Shown here: one piece after another, positions 17,102-27,697 of the stretch | Position numbering within the stretch: the first letter of the stretch is position 1 | Layout of the letters: each line of letters opens with the position of its first letter | NCBI GenBank assembly: GCA_041650395.1 | Contig: JBAZLG010000003.1 | Coordinates: 182,917-246,916, forward strand | Source: Candidatus Micrarchaeia archaeon | GTDB taxonomy: Archaea > Micrarchaeota > Micrarchaeia > Anstonellales > VGKX01 | Reading direction: 5' to 3' | Length of the DNA: 64,000 bases | Notes under the pieces: generated by a model | Databases searched by the model: none | What the model was told of the DNA's origin: nothing | Seen by the model: the letters and a program-made list of their open reading frames with translations, nothing else | Made by a program: the position numbers and the translations under genes

Positions 17102-18454
17102 TTACGGGCAGGAGTAGGCCGCAGCCACTGGATTGATATGGTCTGAAGGTATGACAGGAGTGCTTGTGTCCTGCACCGTGTTTTCAAGATAGTTCAGGTT
17201 CAAGAGGAAACTGCACTGCCTGTCCGCGCTGCCATTTGCCGCAAAGCCCGCAAACACGTTCATTTTGGGCACCATGTACTTCTGGCACGAGCCGAACCAG
17301 CCGTTGAATTCGGGATGGATTTGCTGGCCTGAAGTGCTGACAAGCCCATAATCGCACGCCTGTGAAGTGCATGTGCGCGGCATAGAATCAAGCCCGTAAT
17401 AAGCAACGCCAATCACGCCGCTTTGTGCAAGTATCTGCTTGAGCTCGAACACCCTCTGGAACGCGGTTGCCACGTCCTGCTCCGTGTAGGTGCACATGCC
17501 GTCGTCGGACTTGCCCGGGCTTGCGGCAAAGTAATACCACAGTATAGGCTTTCCATATGTCTGGCGAAGGTATTTTGCGAACTGGACGTTTTGCATTATG
17601 GCGATTTCAAGATCGCACGTGCCGGAATAGTTGTTGAGTATGATACCCTGGCCGACAATGTCAACGTACTTGGAATTGTGGCTGCCCCCAGAATCATTGA
17701 GGAAATAATTTATCGTCTTCAAGTCGAGCCTCTGCGCGGCAAGCATTGTCAGGCACTTGGTGCAGTTTGCCTTTACAGCCGCAAGCTGGTCAAGCACCTT
17801 GTACCTGTCGGCATAGCCCGCGTCGACCTCGCTTGAGACTATCACAGGCCCCTCGCCGTCAAGCTCATGCGCTATTGCGCCGCTGGCGCTCGCGTTTATG
17901 TTAAGCCCTGCGCTGTAATAGAGATATACGGGCAACGCGTTCTGGCGCAGGTAGCAGATTGCCATGTCAGCAGACGAGAGCGCCGGCGGGCTTGTCGAGT
18001 TCCCTTTCAGCCAGATTACAGGCATTGTCAGGGAATTGTTGCAGTATGTCTGCGCCCGGGCAAAGTCGGTTGCATTTGGCCCCTGGCCTATCATGAAAAG
18101 CATGGGGAACGAGCCGTCGGAATTCGACGAATCGTTGAGCGCGCTGAAAGTGGAATAGTTCATGCGCGTGAACGAGCAGTTGCCGTAGTGCAGGTTTGAC
18201 GAGAGGCCGAGGAAGCCAGAATCGTTCTTGCACTCGAACACAGTGCATGGCGTCATGTTGCTGTCGGAGCAGACTCGGGTTATGTTGGTTATGTTGAACT
18301 CGACAAGCTTGTCAGGATTGACAGGCCCGCTGACGCAGCCAAGCGAGAGCAGGGCTAAAGAAACAATGGCGGCAAGGAAAATGGCTCGAAGCCACAGCCT
18401 GCCTGCAAAAATTGTCCTGACAGAGTCCATGATAACAATACCTTTATAGCTCAT
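17102..18454 (-). CDS. Secreted or membrane-anchored Cys-rich glycoprotein with many N-x-S/T sequons
   Basis: N-terminal hydrophobic segment AIFLAAIVSLALLSLGC. More than 15 NxS/T sequons. Its ATG overlaps the upstream giant gene's TGA stop as ATGA at 18451-18454. Confidence 0.6.
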   Translation of the reverse strand: MSYKGIVIMDSVRTIFAGRLWLRAIFLAAIVSLALLSLGCVSGPVNPDKLVEFNITNITRVCSDSNMTPCTVFECKNDSGFLGLSSNLHYGNCSFTRMNYSTFSALNDSSNSDGSFPMLFMIGQGPNATDFARAQTYCNNSLTMPVIWLKGNSTSPPALSSADMAICYLRQNALPVYLYYSAGLNINASASGAIAHELDGEGPVIVSSEVDAGYADRYKVLDQLAAVKANCTKCLTMLAAQRLDLKTINYFLNDSGGSHNSKYVDIVGQGIILNNYSGTCDLEIAIMQNVQFAKYLRQTYGKPILWYYFAASPGKSDDGMCTYTEQDVATAFQRVFELKQILAQSGVIGVAYYGLDSMPRTCTSQACDYGLVSTSGQQIHPEFNGWFGSCQKYMVPKMNVFAGFAANGSADRQCSFLLNLNYLENTVQDTSTPVIPSDHINPVAAAYSCP

Positions 18455-21400
18455 TGAGAGAGATTATAATGGCAGTTGGGGCACTCGCCAGTGCCCAGTG
18501 CAAGCGCCCTGCCGCAGCTTGGGCATGAGAAGTGGGTCCTGTCCAAAAGCTTCTTGTGGGAGGACTTGGTGAATGGCTTGATTGGAGCCTTTAACAGGTT
18601 CTTGCCGCTCTCCCCCATGACCTTGCCTATTGCCTCGCCCTTAGTTGCGCCCGTGGCCTCCACGTGGTGCTCCACGTTCTGCTTTATCTCCTTGTATGAG
18701 AACAACGGCCAGAGGAGGGGGACTGCGAAGGCCATCGGCCTGAACCTGCCCTGGAAGCCAAAGCCCGCAAGCTCGTGTTCCCTGTCGCCGAGGTGGAATT
18801 CAGCAAGCTTGTCGCGTTTCCATACGTCCACTGTCGAATCGCGCTGGAAATTGGCCCGCTCGTTCCTGTAATAAAGATTCTTGTAAATGTTAAGCTCCGG
18901 ATTGGCATTGAGCGTCTGGGCAATGCGCGGGTGCATGCGGTCATAACTGTCCTCAAAGTCCTTGAAGAACATGCCCGGCGGGCCGAACTTGTTGACGTTC
19001 TGGTAGTGCACCTTGAACATTTCATAATGCCTCATGGAGCCGCCCGACTGGAAGTAATTGTAGCCGGAGCGGTTGATGTAGGAATAATGGCCCTTTTCAA
19101 AGAACCACTTGTACCATGGAGCGTCAGGGTTCCTGATGTCAGTGCCGTACTTGTCCTCGTAATCCTTTGCAAAGCGCCTCCTGTCATATTCGCCGCTGTT
19201 ATTAAACATGGGCTCGAAAGTCCATGGCAGGGGGGCCTTGAACTTGGTGCCGCCGCCAAGGTCATTTCCGACGTCCCGGTTCACTAGGGAAAATCCTTCC
19301 TCTGTTGAGAACTCGCCCCATCTCCTCGACCGCGGGGCTGCATACCTGTTGAAGCGGTTGAACGACTCCCAGGGGGTCAAAAGCGACATGACAGCCTCGC
19401 CATAGGCTGGGCGCCTTGCCTGCGCCTGGTCGGAAACCACAGGATAGCCAACTGCAAGGGAGAAGAAAGACCTTGTGTGCTGCCCGAATAGCTGGGCAAA
19501 TGGCTTTGTCACCTTTAAGCTCATCTTGTTTATGAAATCCCCGGGCAAGAGGTTGTGGCCGAGGATGATGTTCGGGTTTTCATACATGCCCTGCCCGGTA
19601 TGGTAACCCGTAGCAAGCATCTGGTACATGCCGTAGCTTGAAGAGCCGAAGCGCGGGTCACGCATCTGGCTCGACTCCATTACGTTGTAGAAGTTCTGGA
19701 ACTGCCTGCCCATTTTCCGTGCCATGAGGAATTCGTCGTAATATGACGCGGTCTTTATGCCCTTCTGGACAGAGCGCAGGTCGTCATAAGTCATGTTGTA
19801 ATCGCGCAGGCTTTTCCTGGCCTCGTCCAGTTGTTTCCCTATCTTCGCATGTTCGACAGGGTTCCCGGCACTTGCGCTGTACTTGCCCTGCAATGCAACG
19901 ACATTGTGCTCAAGGGCCTTGGGATCCGTGCCTGCGATCTTGGACTTCAGCCCGGAGAGGACTATTTGGACATCAATGTCGCCATTTTTGACCCTTTCGG
20001 CCAGTTTCTTGCCCTCTGTGGAAGAGAGAGGCGGCAGTTCCGCGTTCCCGCCTTTTGGGAGGTATTTGCCCGAATTGAAGGCGTCCATGTATTGCTGGAG
20101 TATCAGCCTGTTTGCGGCCTGCGTGGCAAAGGAATCCTGCAATGACTTGGTCTTGTTTGAAATGCCGCCAATCATGACAGCTTCCGCGAACAGGCCGAGG
20201 TTTGCTATCTTCCGCGTAATGGAATTGTCCCCGCCCATCTGGGGCGCCTTTTCGCGTATCTGGAGCTTGTCCGAAGTGAAGGCGGCTATCTTATCAGTCC
20301 TTGAAAGGCCGTTAAACTGCGCGAGCGTGGATATGGTGTTGCCGTTTTTGTCCTTCAGGTTCAATGCCTTGACCGCCGCGTCGGTTTTTATCGCCCCGCC
20401 GTCGACGGCATCGGAGAACTGCTGTATGCTGTTTTTCAGCATGGCGACGGCGTTGTCATGGTCGCGCTTGAACGGCTTGTACTTGACCCATTCGCCATTG
20501 TTGTTGAAATACAATTTGCCGTTTAGGACCTTGTCGCCTTCCGCAAGGGACATGCCTGCAAAATAGGGCATCATCTTCATGTCGATGTCCCCGACCCAGA
20601 CGCCCTGGCGCAGCATGCCGCCGGTTATTCCGCGCTTTATTACGTCGGAATAGGCTTCCTCAAACGTCTTGCCCTTGTACCTTGAATCGTCCTTGCCATA
20701 AGCGTCAAACCAGTTCTTGTAGCCCGAGTAAAGCCCGACATTGAACTCCCTCGTGCTGTCAAGCCTCTTGTACAGGTTCTGGTTGCGCGAGTCCAAAACG
20801 CCGACAACCCTGTCAGTGACTCCGTCAAGATAGGCCAGCTGCCTTGCGCGGGATTTCGTCTCCGGAGTGCCGGCATCTGTTCCGGCCGCCACCGCGTACC
20901 TGTTCATTATCAGGCCGTGGCCGGATTTCATTGCCTGGTCCACCCAGCCGTCCCTGCCTATAAGCTTGCCGGCCGCGCCATTGATCCTATCGAATGTCTT
21001 GGAAGCCGCCTCCCTGACGGCAGAATTGTAATCCTTGCCGGATTTCATGGCCATTGCCACTTCGTCCATCATCATAGCAGCCACGGCGCTCTTCCTCTTG
21101 CCGGACAGGGCGTCGTTGTACTGCCTGTTTATCTCGGCCATAGTCTTTTCGGCCAATTCTTCCTTCTTCTTGCCTGACAAGCCGGGCTCGTTGAACGAAT
21201 ATATGCGCGAATATATCTTCCTGTCCGTAAGCGAGGACATTGAAACCGATTTGACGTCCTCGCCGAAAAGGAAGGAGAACTTGTTGGAGAAGCCCTTCAT
21301 CATGTCCGAGAGCTTCTTGTCAATGTTCGCGAGGTCGTCAAAGCCCTTTGAGAGCGAGGACGGGTTCACGAGATTGTCGATTACCTTCATCGTCTTTGCC

Positions 21401-23415
21401 AGGTCGACGGAGCCGCCCCTGGAGGTGTTGACCTTGGATACGAGGGCCGCTGCGAACTTGCCCATGTCAAGCCCGGAACCCTGGGAATTGGCTTTGCTGA
21501 CAAAGCTTCCCATGGTTTTTTGAATTTCATCAAATGCCTTTGACTGGGCAGTAAGGGTTTTTGCCGCAGCAAGGTCGGAGTAGAGTTTGGCGAATTCCTT
21601 GTCAAGGGCGCTTAGTTTCCCCTGGACGGCCTTGCTCGATACTGCTGCGATATAAGCCTGCCTTTGGGCATCCAGGATATTGCGTTCCAGAGACATGAAT
21701 TGTTTCCTGTCGGATGCGCTCATGGAACGAATCAGGTTCCTCTCGTCGCCTGCAAAAATCTCAAGGCTTTTGAGTTTGCGCTCGTATTGCTTTTGATTAA
21801 GCGAACCGCTGTCAAGCTTGCCCTTCAAGTCCTTCTTTAATGCCTCAATCTTGGCTCTCTCCGCATCAAGCAGCTTGTTCCTCTCGCCTGAAACCTGTGC
21901 AAGGGCCACGAGTGCAAGCCTTTCCTTCAGGGCCTTCGTGGCGTCGTCAATCTTGCGCCTCAGCTCTACCACCGGGTCCTTGGCGTCTGCCACCTTGCGC
22001 GTCTTGAAGGACTTGCCATCCACAGTTATCCACTCAAACGGGTTGGCGCCATGGCCCTTGAATATGCCCGTGATGAAATGGTCCTTCTTGCCAAGCACTT
22101 TCTTGAATCCCATGCGCTCTGCCATTTCGACGGCAAACTGCCTGCGTATGTCCTTTTTGAGGCCATGGACAGACCTGCGCGAGGCAATGGCGGAAGCTGT
22201 GTAGAGCACGACCTTGTTGACAAGGGGGACCTTGCCAAGCACGTTGCTGTCGCTGTAAATCATCTTGCCTGCGACCTTGTCAAAGCCATAGGCCTTTGAA
22301 TAATACTGTTTTGTCATGAGATGGGAATTGAGCACGCCCGAAAGGTCAGCGGAGTGCAAAAGAGCCGACTGGAGGTTCTTGTCGCCAAGGCCGCCTATCT
22401 GCTTGAGGTAAAGCTCCCTGTTGAGGGCCGCAAGCTCGTATTTGGAATTGACCTTGTTTGCAAGGTAGCGCATGAGCCTGTCGAGAAGGCCCGTGTCTTT
22501 TACTTTTTCGAGTGCTATCCGCCTTAAAAGGGCCGCCTTTGCGACGTCGGACAGGTTGCTTTGCATGACCTTGTTGACCAGGTTGCGCTTCCCTGCCTCC
22601 TTGCCAAGAAGCATGGCAACGCGGGCATTTGCAAGCCTTAATGCCGCCGACGCCTCGCGAATCTGGCGCTTGTTAAGCCTTAGTGCCATAAGCAGGTTGG
22701 TGCCGACAGTAACCTTGTGCATCTTCGCCTTTTTGCCCTTTGGCAGCCTCGGGGTGGTAATGTCGAAAAGAGACAGGGGGTTCCTGCCGGAATAATACAT
22801 GGAAGCTATGAGAAGCCCTATTATCAGGGATATGGGGAAACAGGCTACTATGTTCGCCGGGTCTGAAACCAGGTTTGCAATTGAGGTGCCTATGGCATTG
22901 ACCCCGACATTGTTCTGGTCGCACACTATTATCGACGAGTCAGCAGGCAGCCTCTTGGGGGCCATATTGTTGCCCGCGTAGGAGACATAGACGGACTTGC
23001 ACGTGCCTGCGAGGCTTGAAGTGCCGATGGTGCATTTTGCCACGCCGTTGGAATCAGTGACGAGGTTCTCGCAGCCCGATATTGCTGCTCCAGTCGAGGG
23101 GTCGTCAAAGTGGAAGTGCAGGGTCTCGCCTGCAAGGGGCAAGACGTCAAATGTCGCAAAGCCGTAAGAGTTTGAAGACGGGTCGCCTGTGCCAGTTGTC
23201 AGGTATTGCTTGTCGTTTTGGAAATCCTGCGAATTGAGCAGGTCAAGTGACGATACATTGACAAAAGTCGCGGCTGCAGTTATCTGGTAGCTTGAAGAAT
23301 TGTAATACAGGCTGATGGTAGTCCGCCCGCATATGTCGCATGGGACATTCTGCCCGAAAGAGGGGTAGAGCAGCAAAGTCAAGACTAAAAGCCCAATTAT
23401 CTTATGTCCCTGCAT
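18451..23415 (-). CDS. Giant (about 1654 aa) membrane protein with signal peptide, Cys/sequon-rich ectodomain, one TM, a very long coiled-coil-rich region and a C-terminal zinc ribbon (CPSCGRALALGTGECPNC)
   Basis: Start set at internal Met 23415 (MQGHKIIGLLVLTLLLYPSFG signal peptide), because the track ORF runs into the leuS 3' end. A TATA-like tttaaaataaag lies about 30 nt upstream on the minus strand. Confidence 0.6.
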   Translation of the reverse strand: MQGHKIIGLLVLTLLLYPSFGQNVPCDICGRTTISLYYNSSSYQITAAATFVNVSSLDLLNSQDFQNDKQYLTTGTGDPSSNSYGFATFDVLPLAGETLHFHFDDPSTGAAISGCENLVTDSNGVAKCTIGTSSLAGTCKSVYVSYAGNNMAPKRLPADSSIIVCDQNNVGVNAIGTSIANLVSDPANIVACFPISLIIGLLIASMYYSGRNPLSLFDITTPRLPKGKKAKMHKVTVGTNLLMALRLNKRQIREASAALRLANARVAMLLGKEAGKRNLVNKVMQSNLSDVAKAALLRRIALEKVKDTGLLDRLMRYLANKVNSKYELAALNRELYLKQIGGLGDKNLQSALLHSADLSGVLNSHLMTKQYYSKAYGFDKVAGKMIYSDSNVLGKVPLVNKVVLYTASAIASRRSVHGLKKDIRRQFAVEMAERMGFKKVLGKKDHFITGIFKGHGANPFEWITVDGKSFKTRKVADAKDPVVELRRKIDDATKALKERLALVALAQVSGERNKLLDAERAKIEALKKDLKGKLDSGSLNQKQYERKLKSLEIFAGDERNLIRSMSASDRKQFMSLERNILDAQRQAYIAAVSSKAVQGKLSALDKEFAKLYSDLAAAKTLTAQSKAFDEIQKTMGSFVSKANSQGSGLDMGKFAAALVSKVNTSRGGSVDLAKTMKVIDNLVNPSSLSKGFDDLANIDKKLSDMMKGFSNKFSFLFGEDVKSVSMSSLTDRKIYSRIYSFNEPGLSGKKKEELAEKTMAEINRQYNDALSGKRKSAVAAMMMDEVAMAMKSGKDYNSAVREAASKTFDRINGAAGKLIGRDGWVDQAMKSGHGLIMNRYAVAAGTDAGTPETKSRARQLAYLDGVTDRVVGVLDSRNQNLYKRLDSTREFNVGLYSGYKNWFDAYGKDDSRYKGKTFEEAYSDVIKRGITGGMLRQGVWVGDIDMKMMPYFAGMSLAEGDKVLNGKLYFNNNGEWVKYKPFKRDHDNAVAMLKNSIQQFSDAVDGGAIKTDAAVKALNLKDKNGNTISTLAQFNGLSRTDKIAAFTSDKLQIREKAPQMGGDNSITRKIANLGLFAEAVMIGGISNKTKSLQDSFATQAANRLILQQYMDAFNSGKYLPKGGNAELPPLSSTEGKKLAERVKNGDIDVQIVLSGLKSKIAGTDPKALEHNVVALQGKYSASAGNPVEHAKIGKQLDEARKSLRDYNMTYDDLRSVQKGIKTASYYDEFLMARKMGRQFQNFYNVMESSQMRDPRFGSSSYGMYQMLATGYHTGQGMYENPNIILGHNLLPGDFINKMSLKVTKPFAQLFGQHTRSFFSLAVGYPVVSDQAQARRPAYGEAVMSLLTPWESFNRFNRYAAPRSRRWGEFSTEEGFSLVNRDVGNDLGGGTKFKAPLPWTFEPMFNNSGEYDRRRFAKDYEDKYGTDIRNPDAPWYKWFFEKGHYSYINRSGYNYFQSGGSMRHYEMFKVHYQNVNKFGPPGMFFKDFEDSYDRMHPRIAQTLNANPELNIYKNLYYRNERANFQRDSTVDVWKRDKLAEFHLGDREHELAGFGFQGRFRPMAFAVPLLWPLFSYKEIKQNVEHHVEATGATKGEAIGKVMGESGKNLLKAPIKPFTKSSHKKLLDRTHFSCPSCGRALALGTGECPNCHYNLSQ

Positions 23416-23656
23416 ATCAGATATAAGATAATTCTTTATTTTAAACCTATGTTTAAGGGGACAAATGCGCCCAATCCATGGCAGGGCGCATGTGTTTAAA
23501 AATGCTTTTGTGTGGAGCGTTACGCATTTAGCCCGAAACCCCGCCCGGCCATGCCGGCCTAAATCAGAAAAAAGCAAAAAACATGCCAAAAAGGCTGCAA
23601 GCGGGTTGCCTGCGCACAGGTAAGCGGCATTTTTAGCCATCATGGCCGCCCGAAAA

Positions 23657-26419
23657 TCAGGCCGAAACAAGTATGGCGCATTTGCCGGGCATGGCATTGC
23701 GTGCCTTCTGCGCCTGTTCCTTGCCTGCCTCCTCTTCAGGGACAAGGCTGACAGGGCAGCCAAATTCCCTTGAATAGAAATCGCACGCGTCCTTGAGAGC
23801 CTCGACCTCGCTTGCGCGCGGGAGGGACTTGTCAAGCCCGCCGATGTTTTTCATGTAGGAAGCCACGAGTTTTGGCACTTCATTGCCATGGCTTCTCAAG
23901 GCAGGGTCTGCCATTGCGGCCTTTATGGCCAAGGAAGGGTTGCGCTCCCTTGCAACTATCGCCTTCAGAACGTATTTCCACTCTGATGCGGCAAACAGGG
24001 TTATGCCTTTGGGCTTGCCTGGAATCTTCAATATGCCAAGAATCTGCTCGATGTCTCCTTTCGACTGGGCCACAAGCTCCTCCATTGCTTCAAGGGACTT
24101 GTCAATGCGCGCCTTTTCCGCTTCAGGGAACGCGGCAAGGGAGACAAACCCTTTCCCGCCGAGTTTCTGCCAGCACTCCTCTGCAAAATGCGGCATTATA
24201 GGCGCTATCGCAGGCACCCAGAGCGAGAAGAACCCGCGCAGGCGCGGCTTGGGGCACCTTTTCATGTACCATGACAGGTCGTTTGAAGTGTTGAAGAAGA
24301 ACTCCTGGCCAAGCTCGCGAAGAGAGAGAGAATCGTAAAGTGCGGGGGCGTTTGCCACGCGCTCGTGCAGCCTGGACATGAGCCATCTTTGTATGAGCGA
24401 GCCCTCGCCTGAATCGCCGGGCGTTTCAGCGCACGCCATGTCAAGAAGCGCAGTCAACTGCCTAAGCCGCGCGGCGACGCCGTTAGCCGCAGTCTGGGAA
24501 AAGTCAGAGTCCTCCTTAAGTTCCGCGCCATTGACCACGGAAAAGCGGACAACGTCCGCGCCGTACTGGCCGATTGCCTTTCTCAATGGCAGGATGTTTC
24601 CCATGGACTTTGACATTTTCTTGCCGTCCATTGTGACAAAGCCGTTTGCGACAATCTGTTTTGGCCAGCCGGACTTGGGGAAAATGGCTACATGGTTGAA
24701 TATGAAGAATGCCAGGTGGTTGTAAATCAGGTCTGCGCCTGAATGCCTTGAATCGAGAGGGTACCAGTAGAGGAATTCCTTCCTTGCGGATTCCATTTCA
24801 GCTGACACCTGCCCGCCCGCCGGCTTCACGCCGAAAAACGCATAGTCGAAGAACTCGTCATTGGCTTTCTCAACCGGCATCGCTTTTACTATATGGGCAA
24901 TAGTGTAGAACGCCATGTAGATTGTGGAATCTGAAAGGGACTCGATTATCTGGGCAGTGTCAAAGGGCAGTTTGGTGCCAAGCCCCTGCGCGCGGCTGCA
25001 CGCCTTTTTTTGCAGCCAGTCGAGCGTATAGTTCAGGTCAGCCCTGGACTTTTCAGGCAGTATTGACATGGAATCCAGGCACTCGTGCGCGAGTTTTTTC
25101 CATTCAGGGTCTCCATAGTCTATGAACCACTGGCCTGTGACGTTTTTCACAACAATGCGCGCGCCGCACCTGCAAAAGACAGGCGAATTGGCTATTTCAT
25201 GGAACTTGAGCGCGAACCCCTGCTCCAGCAATTCCTTTTTCACTTCGTCCTTTGCTATCGAGACCTTCATTCCCTTGAACTTGCCAACTGCCATGATGCC
25301 TTCGTGGGCCTCTTTCCTGTATATTTCCTTTGTGGCTTCCTCGGCCCTGGGGTCGTTTTGGTCCTTGACGCCCATCTGTTCCACGATTTCCTTTGCGGGG
25401 AACTCGCCAAATCCTGCCAGTGAAATGACGTTTTTCATGGTTATTTCCGGCAGGTTGGCGTCGCGAAGCGCGAGATAGTCGTAAGGCGCGTGGGCAGGCA
25501 CGCTCATTACAATGCCCGTCCCGTGCGCCGGGTCGACGAAAGTCGCGGATATGATAGGGACCTTCTCGCCTGTGGCAAGGTTGGTAGCCTTTGACCTTGA
25601 AAGCCTGTCAAACCCGATTTCCTCGATGACTTTCAAGCCCTCGAACTGGTTTGAGAAATATTCGACCTGGTTTGTCGAAATGTAATAAGTTGAGCCCGCA
25701 AACGACACCTTGGCATATTTGGCGTCGGGGTGCGCCCAGATGTTTGTCACGCCATAGACCGTTTCGGGCCTGTAAGTGCTTGCGAGCAGGAACCCGTCGC
25801 CATACGCGAACTTGACAAGGGTTACCTCCTCAAGCGTAGGGTCGACGTCCCCCCTGGTGTCGTGCGCGGATACGGAATTGTTGTCCGCCGGGCACCACGG
25901 GACCGGGTGCGAGCCTTTCTTTATGTAGCCCTTTTTCTCAAGCATCCTAAACTGCCATTCAATGAACCTGTTGAACGCCGGGTCGTTTGAATAGAACTTC
26001 CTGCGCCAGTCAATCGAGAACCCGATTTCTTTCATGCCAAGCTCTATCTCGTTTGAGAAGTGCATGACAAGGGAAATGGGGTCAGTGAGTTTGGCGGCTG
26101 TATCAGCGGGTATGCCGTAAATCTTGTCAAAAACGCCGAGTATGTCCGGGTCTTTTTGCGCAATCCGCTTTGCCATGGCGAGTATGGGCGTGCCCGTGAC
26201 GTGGAATCCCATGGGGAAAAGCACGTTGAATCCTTTCATGCGCTTGTATCTCGCGTAGATGTCGGTAGTGGTGTAAGTCCTCGCATGGCCGATGTGCTGG
26301 GGCGAATTGGGGTATGGGAACGCCGCTGTAAGGTAGAATTTGGGCATGCTTGAAGGGGAAGGGTTGAAGATGCCCCCGTCCGCCCATTTTTTCTGCCAAG
26401 TCAAAGCTATCTCGTCCAT
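23657..26419 (-). CDS. leuS: Leucyl-tRNA synthetase (archaeal type)
   Basis: Class I aaRS signatures: a HIGH-like PNSPQHIGHARTY region and KMSKSMGN. About 920 aa with an editing-domain-sized insertion. Confidence 0.9.
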   Translation of the reverse strand: MDEIALTWQKKWADGGIFNPSPSSMPKFYLTAAFPYPNSPQHIGHARTYTTTDIYARYKRMKGFNVLFPMGFHVTGTPILAMAKRIAQKDPDILGVFDKIYGIPADTAAKLTDPISLVMHFSNEIELGMKEIGFSIDWRRKFYSNDPAFNRFIEWQFRMLEKKGYIKKGSHPVPWCPADNNSVSAHDTRGDVDPTLEEVTLVKFAYGDGFLLASTYRPETVYGVTNIWAHPDAKYAKVSFAGSTYYISTNQVEYFSNQFEGLKVIEEIGFDRLSRSKATNLATGEKVPIISATFVDPAHGTGIVMSVPAHAPYDYLALRDANLPEITMKNVISLAGFGEFPAKEIVEQMGVKDQNDPRAEEATKEIYRKEAHEGIMAVGKFKGMKVSIAKDEVKKELLEQGFALKFHEIANSPVFCRCGARIVVKNVTGQWFIDYGDPEWKKLAHECLDSMSILPEKSRADLNYTLDWLQKKACSRAQGLGTKLPFDTAQIIESLSDSTIYMAFYTIAHIVKAMPVEKANDEFFDYAFFGVKPAGGQVSAEMESARKEFLYWYPLDSRHSGADLIYNHLAFFIFNHVAIFPKSGWPKQIVANGFVTMDGKKMSKSMGNILPLRKAIGQYGADVVRFSVVNGAELKEDSDFSQTAANGVAARLRQLTALLDMACAETPGDSGEGSLIQRWLMSRLHERVANAPALYDSLSLRELGQEFFFNTSNDLSWYMKRCPKPRLRGFFSLWVPAIAPIMPHFAEECWQKLGGKGFVSLAAFPEAEKARIDKSLEAMEELVAQSKGDIEQILGILKIPGKPKGITLFAASEWKYVLKAIVARERNPSLAIKAAMADPALRSHGNEVPKLVASYMKNIGGLDKSLPRASEVEALKDACDFYSREFGCPVSLVPEEEAGKEQAQKARNAMPGKCAILVSA

Positions 26420-26494
26420 GCTGGAATTTAACCCCAGACAATTTATAAAGATAATATAAGATATATCAAATGTTTAGCAATCGCAGGGTTTCAC
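26420..26494. promoter_or_regulatory. AT-rich bidirectional promoter region between divergent leuS and the membrane-paralog operon (tttataaagataatataagatatatc)
   Basis: TATA-like boxes sit 25-50 nt upstream of both divergent start codons. This is the only AT-rich stretch in the vicinity. Confidence 0.45.
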
Positions 26495-27697
26495 ATGGTC
26501 TTAGAACAGGCATTGCCATTGCTCCAATCAGGCATTGGAGCCGTATTCACAACCAATTTTATCAATCTGGGCTGGATGGGCATAGCAGTCCTCGCCCTGA
26601 TGATTTCCGTCTTCACGGTGGCGCTTGCGTACATCGCGGGCGAAGGCCTCTCCATGCCGTCGCTGAAGGCATGGTCGAAGACGGAGTTGTACGAACTCCT
26701 GCTCTCGGCAATGATAATTGGCTCCACAGGCGCGGGCCTCGCGTTCTTGGCCATAGTGTCCTATGGCATCACCGGCAGCCCGAGCATATTCGCCCCCGGC
26801 GAGCTCTACCTGTCCCAGATGACTTCGACCTCTACAAGCATCTATGCCTCGCTTTTGCAGCACGAGGCCATAATCGGCATACTCTCGACTTCGGGCATAT
26901 CCATCTACGCGCCGGAGGTCATTATCTCCCTCGCGTCGTTTAGCATGGTCCCAAGCGCGGGGCTAAGCGTAGTCAGCGACGCGCTCATCACAATCATAGA
27001 CGCCATCGGCATATCAATCGTGGCGTTCATAGGCCAGAAGGTCATATTGCAGTTTTTCAAGGACACCATGCTCAACTTCTTCATGCCGGCAGGCATCGCG
27101 CTTCGCGCCTTCCCGATATCAAGAAGGCTCGGCTCGAGCCTGATAGCCCTTGCCCTGGCGTGCTATTTCGTATACCCGCTCTCACTCGCATTCAACCAGG
27201 CGATTTTCGAGAACGCCAAGCCGATAAACTACGAGCATTACCAGAACCTGATAGACGTGTGCTCGCAGGACAAGGGCGACATACTAGGCAGCAGCAATTC
27301 CAATTACGACGCGTACATGCAGGGCATCAGCCAGGCAACAACCGACGCGGAAAACCAGTATTACGCAAGCCCGCCGCCTGCGCAGGACGAGAGCCTGTGG
27401 AACACGCTCACGTCGCCTTTCAAGTGGGTCTACAACCAGGCCAAATTCGCCATCGACGCCATCGTGACCCTGACAAAATACGCGCTGCAATATTCGTTTT
27501 TCCTTGTCGACGTCAGGCGGGCCACTGCGGTCATTTACATTTCCGTCATTGACCAGATTACGCCGGCCATGCAGTTCCTCGTCTATGCCGTCATGTCCCC
27601 GATAATAAGCATTGTGATAACGGTGACCGCGTACAGGAGCATAGCCTCATCCCTAGGCGGGGAAGAGGAGATATTCGGGCTTGGGAAGCTGATTTGA
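26495..27697 (+). CDS. Paralog 1 of 6: polytopic membrane protein of an unrecognised family (LRxFPxTRxxGGxLIAxAxGxY motif; C-terminus ...GLGKLI)
   Basis: Shares an N-terminal KxELY(Q/E) segment, the central IALRAFPISRRLGSSLIALALACYFVYP motif, and the C-terminal hydrophobic tail with the five downstream genes. Confidence 0.65.
   Translation: MVLEQALPLLQSGIGAVFTTNFINLGWMGIAVLALMISVFTVALAYIAGEGLSMPSLKAWSKTELYELLLSAMIIGSTGAGLAFLAIVSYGITGSPSIFAPGELYLSQMTSTSTSIYASLLQHEAIIGILSTSGISIYAPEVIISLASFSMVPSAGLSVVSDALITIIDAIGISIVAFIGQKVILQFFKDTMLNFFMPAGIALRAFPISRRLGSSLIALALACYFVYPLSLAFNQAIFENAKPINYEHYQNLIDVCSQDKGDILGSSNSNYDAYMQGISQATTDAENQYYASPPPAQDESLWNTLTSPFKWVYNQAKFAIDAIVTLTKYALQYSFFLVDVRRATAVIYISVIDQITPAMQFLVYAVMSPIISIVITVTAYRSIASSLGGEEEIFGLGKLI

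Noticed and set aside
18476-23159. Numerous 60-230-aa ORFs on the plus strand inside the giant minus-strand gene (for example 19883..20566, 21035..21523)
   Set aside because: All lie antisense within a long, continuous, well-supported ORF. Their low-complexity Ala/Ser/Arg-rich translations are characteristic of shadow frames.
26470-26943. ORFs 26470..26943 (+) and 26528..26863 (-) overlapping paralog 1 of the membrane array
   Set aside because: Paralog 1's frame is supported by conservation with five downstream paralogs. The overlapping frames are Arg/His-rich with no features.
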